Below the pieces are notes generated by a model. The model searched no databases. It had not been told where the DNA came from and saw only the letters and a list, made by a program, of their open reading frames with translations. Shown here in pieces: positions 20,062 through 28,788 of a DNA stretch of 64,000 nt (position 1 is the first letter of the stretch; each line of letters starts with the position of its first letter). Source of the DNA: an uncultured Actinomycetes bacterium (GTDB taxonomy: Bacteria; Actinomycetota; Thermoleophilia; UBA2241); NCBI GenBank assembly GCA_963725665.1, contig CAVRZA010000001.1:256001-320000 (forward strand), given 5' to 3'. A program made the position numbers and the translations under genes.

Positions 20062-20241
20062 CTATGCCGCGCTGCTCTGCGAGCTTGGCCAGGCTGTCTC
20101 ACGTCGATCGAGCTCGGCCTCGACGTCGTCGAGCTCGTCGCGGAGGCTGTCTATCAGTTGGCGCAGGTCTTCGGCCCGTGCCAGCAGTTGGTCGATCGTC
20201 ATCGCCGCAGGCTCACTCAGCCCGCTGTGCGCGTCTGTCAT
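20062..20241 (-). CDS. Small acidic coiled-coil hypothetical protein (59 aa)
   Basis: MTDAHSGLSEPAAMTIDQLLARAEDLRQLIDSLRDELDDVEAELDRRE; GGAGG RBS upstream. Confidence 0.5.
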   Translation of the reverse strand: MTDAHSGLSEPAAMTIDQLLARAEDLRQLIDSLRDELDDVEAELDRRETAWPSSQSSAA

Positions 20242-20393
20242 GGGACCCTCCAAACGCATCGGGGCCGGCCGGCCCCGGTCGCCAGGAATGATGACAGGCG
20301 GGGCGGACGGAACCCTCTGCCGGTTGGCGCGACGGATCGGCGTGCACGTCGCCTTGGAGGGCTCTGCCCACCGGCCGCCGGTACGAGGCTGAC

Positions 20394-22116
20394 CTAACGA
20401 TCGCCCAGGCAGTAGAAGTAGCCGTCGCGGCAGCCGATGTACACGCGCCCCCGCCAGACGATGGGCGTCGACTCGAAGGAGCTGCCGCCCCTGAAGGTCG
20501 CGGTCTCGCTCACCTTGACGGTCCACCACTGGCCGTCGCGGCTGCGCAGCGCTCCGCGACGGCCCTCCTGCGATGGGGTGTAGGCGATGCGATAGAGGTG
20601 CACGCGATCGTCGTAGCCGGCGGCGACAAGGGCGCCGTCGGCGAAGATGGGCGTCGAGACGGAGGAGTTGAGCCAGTCTCTGAACACCTCGACCGGTGTG
20701 CGCAGGCCCGGCTCGAGGTTGGGTCCTTTGACATGCTTGGCGGCCAGCGTGTCTTGCGAGACGACGCGCGAGATAGCCGTCGATGCCGATGAAGGCGGCC
20801 AGCGGCGGGTAGCGGTCGGCGCCGCCGTACTCGTCGTTGACGGCGACCGAGCCGATCACCCCGCCGCGCCACTCACTCATCTTGCGGTTCCCAGTGGGGA
20901 AGAACCAGACGACGGAGCTCGCCGCCGGGCGACTCGGGTCGAGCAGGAGGACCCCGCCGTCGCCGGGGATGTACTGCTTCTCCACCGGCACGAGGAGCTT
21001 GCCGGTGCGTGTGGGCACCGTCGTGCCGTCGAGGTCGGAACCCGTCCTGTAGTCGAAGACCACGGTCAGGTCCGATCGGCGCAGCCCGTAGACGTGCCCC
21101 GCGCCCGACGAGATGAAGACGACGTCGCCCATGAGTGCCGGTGAGGCCTCGATGCAGAGGTTGGCGCCCTCCGGATGCGGCTTCTCTCTTGAAGCCGCAG
21201 CAGGGTCGCCGAGGAGGAGCCGGCGCTCGGAGGCGATCGGCTCCTCGTAGGTGGCGCCGACGACGGTCCACTTTTGGGTCGCGAATGGGTCGAGGCTGTA
21301 GAACCAGCCGTCTTCGAGGCCCATGTACTGGCGCCCGTCGATGAAGAACCCGCTCCCGTCGGCGTCGCGGCTGTAGGCGGCGGTGCGTGGCGCGGGCAGA
21401 CGCCAGACCTCGCGCCCGGAGCCGAAGGTCACCGCTCGGTAGGGCGCGATGGCGAGGTCGTCCAGCTTGGCGTCCGCGCCGCGGCGCGAACCGGCGATGA
21501 CAAGGTAACGGTCGTCCTGACTTGTCGGATGAGGGTTCGCGACGACGCTGGGGCTGCTCTTGATGACGTCGCCGAAGTCATAGCGCCAGACGACCTCGCC
21601 GGTTTCGGCGTCGACCTTGCGCAGATCGTGGTCGTAGCCGCCGATGAGCAGGTAGAGACGTCCGCCGTCGCGCACCAGGGCCGGCGTGCCCGTCCAGCCC
21701 GTGCCCGACCAGTACATCGCAGGGTCGTCGGAGAACCTGCCGGAGGTCCAGCCGCCACCGATACGCGTCTTCCAGATCACGTGGAGGTGCGTCGGCGCGG
21801 GGCCGACGCCGTAGAAGCGCCGCGACTCGGTGCCGAGGAAGGTGGCGAGCTTGATGCCGTCGCCGTCGGGGTTCACGGTGACCGCCGGCGAGCCGCCGCG
21901 CAACAGGGCGGCCGTGTCGACGGGGATCGCGTGGGGGCTGCCGCCTGCGCCTGGGCGCAGAACGAGCAACAGGGCTACCACCACGATGAGGACGAGGACG
22001 GCGAGGGCGGCGGCGCGGCGGCGCCTGATCAGGCGCCGCCGCGCCGCCGCCCTCCGCCGCCCGGCGGCGTCGCCCGGAGGGGCTTGCCGGCGCGGGGGGC
22101 GCGGCGCGTCAGCCAT
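20394..22116 (-). CDS. Membrane-anchored PQQ-like beta-propeller protein, frameshift near 20770
   Basis: Arg-rich N-terminus plus TM helix; WSGTGWTGTP, VDAETGEVVWRY, IKSSPSV, IEASPAL; C-terminus FESTPIVWRGRVYIGCRDGYFYCLG in ORF 20394..20687. Confidence 0.75.
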
Positions 22117-22558
22117 CGTCGCGCCGCGCCCCCCGCGCCCGCGGCGGTCGCTTCTTGAGCAGCACCAACCGCTTCAGGTCTTCCACCTCGTCGGCGTCCT
22201 CCAGAGGCACGAAGAGCCAGCGCCCCTCGGGGTAGGGGTGGGCTTCCTCGATGGCGCGTCTGAAGGCCGTGCCGAGCGGCAGGGCGAGGGCGTCGTCGAC
22301 GAGCCTCGGCGCGAGGGTGATCTGCGCCGTGACGGCGCCCACTTGGGGGTAGAGCGCGAGGAGGCTCCTGCCTCCGACGCGGAACCAGAGCATCCAGCCG
22401 TAGCTCTTGCCGTAGAACTTGGCCTCGCCCGGACAGGCGTAGGTGTCGCGCATGAAGTCGCTCACCGCGCGCCAGAGCCCGGCCTTGTCGCCGACGACGC
22501 CCAGCATCTCGTCGAGCGACGGCGGTCGCGCTCTGTCCGCGAAAGCACTCAGTGCCAT
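22109..22558 (-). CDS. DUF3788-family protein
   Basis: YGKSYGW..R..GRSLLALYP, YPEGRWLF, DLKRLVLLK. Confidence 0.75.
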   Translation of the reverse strand: MALSAFADRARPPSLDEMLGVVGDKAGLWRAVSDFMRDTYACPGEAKFYGKSYGWMLWFRVGGRSLLALYPQVGAVTAQITLAPRLVDDALALPLGTAFRRAIEEAHPYPEGRWLFVPLEDADEVEDLKRLVLLKKRPPRARGARRDDG

Positions 22559-22715
22559 CCCGCCGGGATTCTACGGCACGCGGGGGAGGAAGGGGGAAGG
22601 CGTCTCGGTCGAGTGCGGAGCCGGGACTCTGATACGGTGAAGGCGACGGCGCCGCTCGCGGTGAGGGGCCTACGCTGCGGCAAGTAGTCGCGGGCCGGCG
22701 CGGGCGGTGTCGTGC

Positions 22716-22756
22716 GCTGTTTCAGGTCGTTGTACATGCCAACTACCTGAAACAGC
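22716..22756. repeat. 17-bp inverted repeat with 7-nt spacer upstream of the C-S lyase gene
   Basis: GCTGTTTCAGGTCGTTG-tacatgc-CAACTACCTGAAACAGC, 16/17 complementary. Confidence 0.8.
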
Positions 22757-22787
22757 CATAGCGGGCCACGACCCGTCGGAGGTGACG

Positions 22788-23978
22788 GTGGACTTCGACA
22801 AGCCGACCGAGCGCCGCGGCAGCGCCAGCTTCAAGTGGGACCTCTACCCCGAGGACGTGCTCCCCCTGTGGGTCGCCGACATGGACTTCGCCTCGCCGCC
22901 GCCGGTCATCGCCGCGCTCGCGGCGCGCGCCTCTCACGGCGTGTTCGGTTACTCCGTCGTGCCCGACTCGCTTGTCGATGCCGTCGTCGCTCATCTCGCG
23001 GCTCGTTACGGCTGGCGCATCGAGCCGCAGTGGCTCGTGTGGCTGCCGAGCGTGGTCCCCGGGCTCGAGCTCGTGTGCCGGGCCTTCGCCGCGGATGCGG
23101 AGGCGGTGATGACGGTGACGCCGGTCTACCCGCCGTTCCTCGAGGCGCCGCCTCATCAGGGACGGCGCCTCGTCACGGTGCCGGCACTCTTCGACGAGGC
23201 GCCGCCGCCGGTCGGGTCGTCAGAGGCGGCTTCTGTCAAACCGACGGGTGTTCCTCCGGCGACGTGCTGGCGGCTGCCGCTGGCGGACATGGCGGCGGCC
23301 TGCGCGCCGGACACGCGTGCGTTGCTCTTCTGCCACCCGCACAACCCGCTGGGACGGGTGTGGAGGAGGGACGAAGTCGAGGCGGTCGCCTCCTTCTGCC
23401 GCGAGCGCGGGCTCGTGCTCTGCTCCGACGAGATCCACTGCGACCTGCTGCTGGATCAGCTCGAGCACGTTCCGGCGGCGCTGCTCTCAGACGAGGTGGC
23501 CGAGATCACGGTCACGCTGATGTCGCCGAGTAAGACCTTCAACCTGCCGGGGCTCAACTTCGCCTTCGCGGTGATCCCCAACGAGGAGCTGCGGCGGCGA
23601 TTCGCGGCAGCCGGCGAAGGGCTGCTGCCCTTCCCCGGCTGCTTCGCCGTCGCCGCCGCGGAGGCCGCCTACCGCGAGGGCGGCCCGTGGCTGGCCGAGC
23701 TGCTCGAGTACCTGCGCGGCAACGCCGAGCTCGTCGAGTGCTTCGTGCGCGACGAGCTCCCCAACGTGACGATCACGCACGTCGAGGCGACCTACCTGGC
23801 CTGGCTCGACGTGCGCGCCGTCGGCTTGCCCGACCCCGGCGCGGCCTGCGTCCGCGCCGGGGTCGCTCTCTCCGACGGCGCCGCCTTCGGCGCGCCGGGC
23901 TTCCTGCGTCTGAACTTCGCCTGTCCCCGGCCGACCCTGCGCGAGGCGCTCTCGCGGCTGTGCGGCGCCCTGAGCTGA
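22788..23978 (+). CDS. patB: MalY/PatB-family PLP-dependent C-S lyase (cystathionine beta-lyase)
   Basis: KWD..DVLPLWVADMDF, HGVFGY, TPVYPPF, CHPHNPLGRVW, SDEIHCDL, SPSKTFNLPGL, EATYLAWLD, FLRLNFACPR. Confidence 0.9.
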   Translation: MDFDKPTERRGSASFKWDLYPEDVLPLWVADMDFASPPPVIAALAARASHGVFGYSVVPDSLVDAVVAHLAARYGWRIEPQWLVWLPSVVPGLELVCRAFAADAEAVMTVTPVYPPFLEAPPHQGRRLVTVPALFDEAPPPVGSSEAASVKPTGVPPATCWRLPLADMAAACAPDTRALLFCHPHNPLGRVWRRDEVEAVASFCRERGLVLCSDEIHCDLLLDQLEHVPAALLSDEVAEITVTLMSPSKTFNLPGLNFAFAVIPNEELRRRFAAAGEGLLPFPGCFAVAAAEAAYREGGPWLAELLEYLRGNAELVECFVRDELPNVTITHVEATYLAWLDVRAVGLPDPGAACVRAGVALSDGAAFGAPGFLRLNFACPRPTLREALSRLCGALS

Positions 23979-24151
23979 TCTCTCGCGCGCCGTCTTGGGT
24001 TGACGGCACTCGCCGGCGTCTTGGGCCAAAGGGCACGCGCGGCGTCCGCTCCCTTTGACGCCTGGGTGGACTTTCGCCAATACGGATTAGGTGACCTCTT
24101 CGTCGGGCAAGATGCGCCTGCACACGGGATGCTTCTCGAGGAGGACACGAC

Positions 24152-24301
24152 ATGATCCCGCTGCTCCTTCTGCTCATCGCGATCGCACTGGTGTTCGGTT
24201 TCGGCTTCGTGGCCAGGTGGCTCTTCATCATGGCCGCGATCCTGTTCGCGGTCTGGGTCATCGGGTTCTTCGTCGGCCGCAGACGGTGGTACCGCTGGTG
24301 A
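24152..24301 (+). CDS. Small hydrophobic membrane protein (49 aa), absent from the ORF track
   Basis: MIPLLLLLIAIALVFGFGFVARWLFIMAAILFAVWVIGFFVGRRRWYRW; GAGGAGG RBS; resembles actinobacterial hydrophobic proteins ending RWYRW. Confidence 0.75.
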   Translation: MIPLLLLLIAIALVFGFGFVARWLFIMAAILFAVWVIGFFVGRRRWYRW

Positions 24302-24309
24302 CCCGATTC

Positions 24310-24793
24310 ATGATGAGCATTGTCCCGGGCGGCTCCCGCGGGCCGGGACGGTCTTCCGCCACACCCGGTGACGACTTCGCGAACGTGACGTTGACCGGCC
24401 CCGTGGACCTGGCGGGGATGCGAGCCGTCGTCCGCCGGCTCTTGAGCGGTCACGGCGTCGACGAGGTCACGGTGGAGGAGATCGTCCTGGCGACACAGGA
24501 GGCGTCGAAGAACGCTCTGACGCTTCGCCAAGGGGCCGGATGCGTGTGCCTCCGTCACGCTGCATGTCGTCAGCGGCGAGGTGCTCGTGGAGGTGCTCGA
24601 CTGTGGCGGGGGCTTCGACGTGACGTGCGAAGGCATCGACGTGGCGCAGCCTCTCGACGAGCACGGCCGCGGCATCTTCCTCATGCGGCGCTTCATGGAC
24701 ACCCTGGAGGTCGTGCCGAACGGGGTCGGCTGTCTCGTGCGGATGACGAAACGGCTGGGACGGATCGACCTCACGGGGACGGGCGGAGCCTGA
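24310..24793 (+). CDS. Anti-sigma factor/Ser-Thr kinase, RsbW-like (HATPase_c_2), frameshift near 24530-24555
   Basis: IVLATQEASKNAL, VEVLDCGGGFD, DEHGRGIFLMRRFMD. Confidence 0.75.
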
Positions 24794-24833
24794 CGCGCCG
24801 CGCGACGGCGGGCCGGCGGCGTGAGGCGATGAG

Positions 24834-26526
24834 TCAGAGCAGGCGGACGGCCTCGTCGCGCGCGAAGCGCGCCCACTCGGCCGGCCGCCCGTCGTCTTCG
24901 GCTCACGAGGCCGCGACCCTCTTCGCCGAGCTCCGCGATGACCGTCGCGGCGATGCCCGCGTCCTTCAGGGCGGCCAGGAGAGCATCGGTTTCCTCCGGG
25001 GCGCAACAGACGAGCAGGCTGCCCGAGCCGATGAGGCCGCGGGGGTCGGCCCCCAGCAGGTCGCAGATCCGTCTCGTCTCGGGGTAGACGGGTATCGAGG
25101 CGGGGTGCACGGTGACGCGCCGTCCGCAGGCGATACCGAGCTCCTCGAGAGCCGTGGCGAGCCCGCCCTCGGTCACGTCGTGCAGGGCGTGGACGCCTTC
25201 GAAGCCGACGGCCACGCGCGCCTCGGGAAGCACGCTGATGCGATCGAGAAAGCCGAGACAGACGTCGAGCTCGGCGTCGGTCATGCCCAGGTCTCGCAGC
25301 TTATCGCCCAGCTCGGCGGCGAGGAGCGCCGTACCCTCGACGGCGAGCGCCTTGGTGAGCAGCACGCGGTCGCCGGCGGCAGCGCCGCGCTTGTCGCGCA
25401 GATCGGCGCGCGCCAGCGTGCCGACCATGGTCGCGCTCACGAGGGGGCTGGCGATCACTTCGGTGACCTCGGTGTGGCCGCCGACCACGGCGATGCCGAG
25501 GTCGGCGGCCGCCGCGGCGATGCTGCCGAGCAGCGCGAGTGCCTGCGAGGAGGTGCTTCCCGCCGGCAGAAGGACGGTGGTGAGCAGCCAGCGGGGCAGC
25601 GCTCCCGAGGTGGCGATGTCGTTGGCGTTGACCAGGACGCTGTAGCGGCCCAGGTTGGCGCTGGTGAGGGTGATCGGGTCGCCGTGCACGACGATGACCT
25701 CGTCGCGCGACACGTCGATGGCGGCGACGTCCTCGCCGACGCCGGCCCCCACGATGACGGCCGGGTCGGGCGGCGCATCGGGGCCCGTCCCCCCGGTCAC
25801 GCGGCGCAGGTAGCTCGTCAGCAGGTCGTTGGGCAGCTTGCCCTGGGGCAGAGGAAGGCCGAGACGCACCACGTCGTCGACTTCGCCGAGCGAGCTCACG
25901 AGGAAGTCGGCGGCCGGCGGCGCTGCGTCGTCGTCCGGTCCCGGCGCCGCCGGCCGCGCCGGACCGCCGCTGTTCTCGAGGTAGACTGTCACCGCGCCGG
26001 CCGCCTCGCCCGCCTGCACGTCGAGGTGATAGTCGCCGACCATGAGCAGGCGGTCGGGCGCCACGCCCATGAGCTGCGCCGCGTGCAGTACGCCGTCGGG
26101 CGCCGGCTTGTGGGGCAGATCGTCGTCGCGCGTCACGATCACGTCGAAGTCGGCCGCGCGCAGCCCGACGCCGAGCTCCGCGAAGCGGGCGAAGACGGCG
26201 TCGACGGCCGCGCGGCCGCTGCGCGTGATGACACCGAGGCGCAGGCCGAGCCCGCGCAGGCGGCGCACGAGCTCCTCGGCGCCCGGGTTGGGCTCGGCCT
26301 GCGCCGCGCCCACAAGCTCGAACCGTTCGAGGGCGGCGAGCGCGGCCGCGCGCTCGCCGCCCTCCGGAAGCTCCAGGATGTACTCGAGCACGTAGATGTC
26401 GTCGGGGCACCCGACCTCGCGCCTGATGAGGGCGAAGTCGAGCGCCTCGGGACGCGTGAGCGTGCCGTCGAAGTCGAACAGCACTCCCTCGAGGCGGAAG
26501 GGTCGCGGAAGGATCTCCATTGTCAC
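24834..26526 (-). CDS. HAD-family phosphatase fused to an AIR-synthase (HypE-like) domain; frameshift near 24900
   Basis: HAD: LFDFDGTLT, GVITRS, KPAPDG, MVGDYHLD. AIRS: GKLP, GVGEDVAA, DPIT, NANDIATSGA, GGHTEVT, HDVTEGGL, GLIGSGSLL. Confidence 0.8.
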
Positions 26527-26574
26527 AGGATATCGAATCGCACACGGTGCGTGGCGACCGAGGGTGCCCGGGTG

Positions 26575-26633
26575 TGGCCGCTGGCCGATGCGAGGAGTAG
26601 AGTCCGTCGCGTGGCTGTTGAACGTTCAGTCAA
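26575..26633 (+). promoter_or_regulatory. Putative sigma-70 promoter and BetI-like operator for the TetR gene
   Basis: TGGCCG-N17-TAGAGT followed by near-palindrome TTGAACGTTCAGTCAA (26618-26633). Confidence 0.55.
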
Positions 26634-26669
26634 GACCGCAAACGGCATGAGCGCCGTCGGGGATCTGCC

Positions 26670-27290
26670 GTGAAGCGTGAAGAACGCGCCACGCTGCGCC
26701 GGCGCGAGATGCTCGCCGCCTACAACCAGGTCCTCATCGAGGAAGGCCTGCGGGGCGCGTCGATCGCCAAGATCGCCAAGCGTCTCGGTGTGCCGCCCAG
26801 CCTGCTCATCCACTACTTCCACACCAAGGAGCAGATGACCATCGAGCTGGTCGACTACCTGCTCGAGGTCTACCACGAGACCTACGGCGACAAGCTCGCC
26901 GCCGTGCCCGATCCGCTGGAGCGTCTGCACGCCATCCTCGATGAGTTCTTCAGCCCCGAGTACCATCAGCTTCTCGACGATCGCTCCTTCTACGCGTGTT
27001 TTTACCTCAGCCTCACCCATCCCCGCGTGCGCGAGGCCTACGCGCGGCTGTACGAGCATTCCCTCGAGCTCGTCGAGACTGCGCTGCGCGAGACCATGGA
27101 GGCGGGGCGGATCCCACGGGACGACCCCCACGAGCTGGCCATGGTCGTGAAGGCTCTCGAGGAGGGCTACGCGTTCCTGATCGGCGGCGGCGCCGACGAG
27201 GGTGCCAAGGCCACACTGGGAGGGGTGCTCAAGGAGCGGGCGCTGCGGCAGCTGGGGCTGCCGCAGCGCCCGCGGCCAGAGACTCCGTAG
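26670..27290 (+). CDS. TetR-family transcriptional regulator (BetI-like)
   Basis: HTH EEGLRGASIAKIAKRLGVPPSLLIHYFHTKEQM. Confidence 0.88.
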   Translation: MKREERATLRRREMLAAYNQVLIEEGLRGASIAKIAKRLGVPPSLLIHYFHTKEQMTIELVDYLLEVYHETYGDKLAAVPDPLERLHAILDEFFSPEYHQLLDDRSFYACFYLSLTHPRVREAYARLYEHSLELVETALRETMEAGRIPRDDPHELAMVVKALEEGYAFLIGGGADEGAKATLGGVLKERALRQLGLPQRPRPETP

Positions 27291-27302
27291 CGGGGCGCGA
27301 GA

Positions 27303-27337
27303 AGGGCGGGGCGCGCCGTAAAGGCGCGCCCCGCCCT
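27303..27337 (+). terminator. 15-bp perfect GC hairpin immediately after the TetR gene
   Basis: AGGGCGGGGCGCGCC-gtaaa-GGCGCGCCCCGCCCT; no U tract. Confidence 0.55.
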
Positions 27338-27836
27338 CGGGGGAGGAGGCCCGGAGGGGGACCGGGACTCCATGGGGGGCGTTCACACAAGCCAAAGCCG
27401 CCCCGCGATAGGAGCGGCCCCGCGCAACTTACCATAGGCTGTATGTTCGTTCAACGTTTGGCCGCACACTCCTTCACACCTTCTTCATCGACGGCGGCGA
27501 CAACGAGCGCGAGAGGCTCGACGGCCCGAACGGCCGCGAAGAGACGTCGGGTCGGAGGCAGTGGACGGCGGCAGAGCGCCGACTGCGACGGTCATGACCT
27601 CTGTGGCGCCCGCAGGCGGGGCGCGACTTGGGACCCCGCCGGCCGCGGGCTCTCGCGTTGTCGCACGACCGCCTTGGGCGCCGTCGGCGGTTGGCTCGCG
27701 AGGCGCCGACGTGATAAGACCCCACTACGAGCGACATGGTGTCTCCTGCGGGCCGCTGCAGGCCTCGGTCTCCCCGGCACGCTCTCGCCGCCCCCGGGGC
27801 CGGCGGCCGGCAGGCGGCAAGTCAGGAGGTCTTGCG

Positions 27837-28788
27837 ATGGCTCGTCCGCTCCCCGGCGACGTCGGTCGCGTCGCGGTCGTCGGCACCGGGCTCATCGGCG
27901 TGCGCTGGGCGGCGTTCTTCCTCTCGCGTGGGCTCGACGTCGTCGCCAGCGACCCGGCGCCGCGCGCTGAGGAGCGGCTGCGGCGCGGCGTCGAGGCCGT
28001 GTGGCCGCTGCTGGAGCGCGTCGGTTTCGTGACCGGGGCCTCGACGTCGCGCCTCTCCTTCTCCGCCGACCTCGTCCGGGCTCTGACCGGAGCCGAGTTC
28101 GTACAGGAGAACGTCCCCGACGACGACGAGCTCAAGACCGCCGTCGTCGCCGAGATCGACGGCCTGACCGACCCGGAGGTGGTCATCGCCTCGAGCACGT
28201 CGGGGATCCTCCCGAGCGTGATTCCAGGCGCACTGCCGATACCCCGAGCGCGTGCTCGTCGGTCACCCGTTCAACCCGACGCACCTCGTCCCGCTGGTCG
28301 AGGTCGTCGGCGGGGAGAAGACGAGCCCCGAGGCGGTCGACTGGGCGGTCGCCTTCTACAGCCTTCTCGGCAAGCACCCCCTGCGCGTGCGCAAGGAGGC
28401 GCCCGGGTTCGTGAGCAACCGCATGCAGGAGGCCGTCTGGCGCGAGATGTTCCACCTCGTCAACGACGGCATCGCGACCACCGGAGAGCTCGATCGGGCG
28501 ATTACCGACGGTCCGGGTCTGCGCTGGGCGATCTACGGTCCGGCGTTCGTCTACTTCTTGCAGGGAGGACGCGGCGGCATGGCCCACGCACTGGCGCAGT
28601 TCGACCCGGCTCGCATCCCCGACTGGTCTCACAACTACTACCCTGAGGTCGGCGACGAGCTCGTGCGTCTGCTCGACGAGCAGACGCGCGAGCAAGCTCA
28701 GGGACGGTCGCTCGAGGAGTGGGAACGGCTGCGCGACGAGTTCCTCGTGCGCGTGCTCGAGGTCAAGCGGGAGGTGTTCGGCGAGTGA
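27837..28788 (+). CDS. L-carnitine dehydrogenase-like protein (3-hydroxyacyl-CoA dehydrogenase family), frameshift near 28222
   Basis: GTGLIG, FVQENVPD, ASSTSG, GHPFNPTHLVPLVEVVGG, WREMFHLVNDGIAT, GPGLRWA, GGRGGMAH. Confidence 0.8.

Noticed and set aside
20062-20241. Small ORF as the RiPP precursor for the radical SAM enzyme
   Set aside because: It is 15 kb away, looks like an acidic coiled coil, and shows no Gly-Gly cleavage motif or recognisable leader/core organisation.
24834-25860. AIR-synthase-fold domain as SelD supplying selenium to the YqeB/YqeC system
   Set aside because: It lacks the N-terminal Cys/Sec-x-x-Lys motif and the DFF motif of SelD; it matches the HypE-like GKLP/DPIT subfamily.
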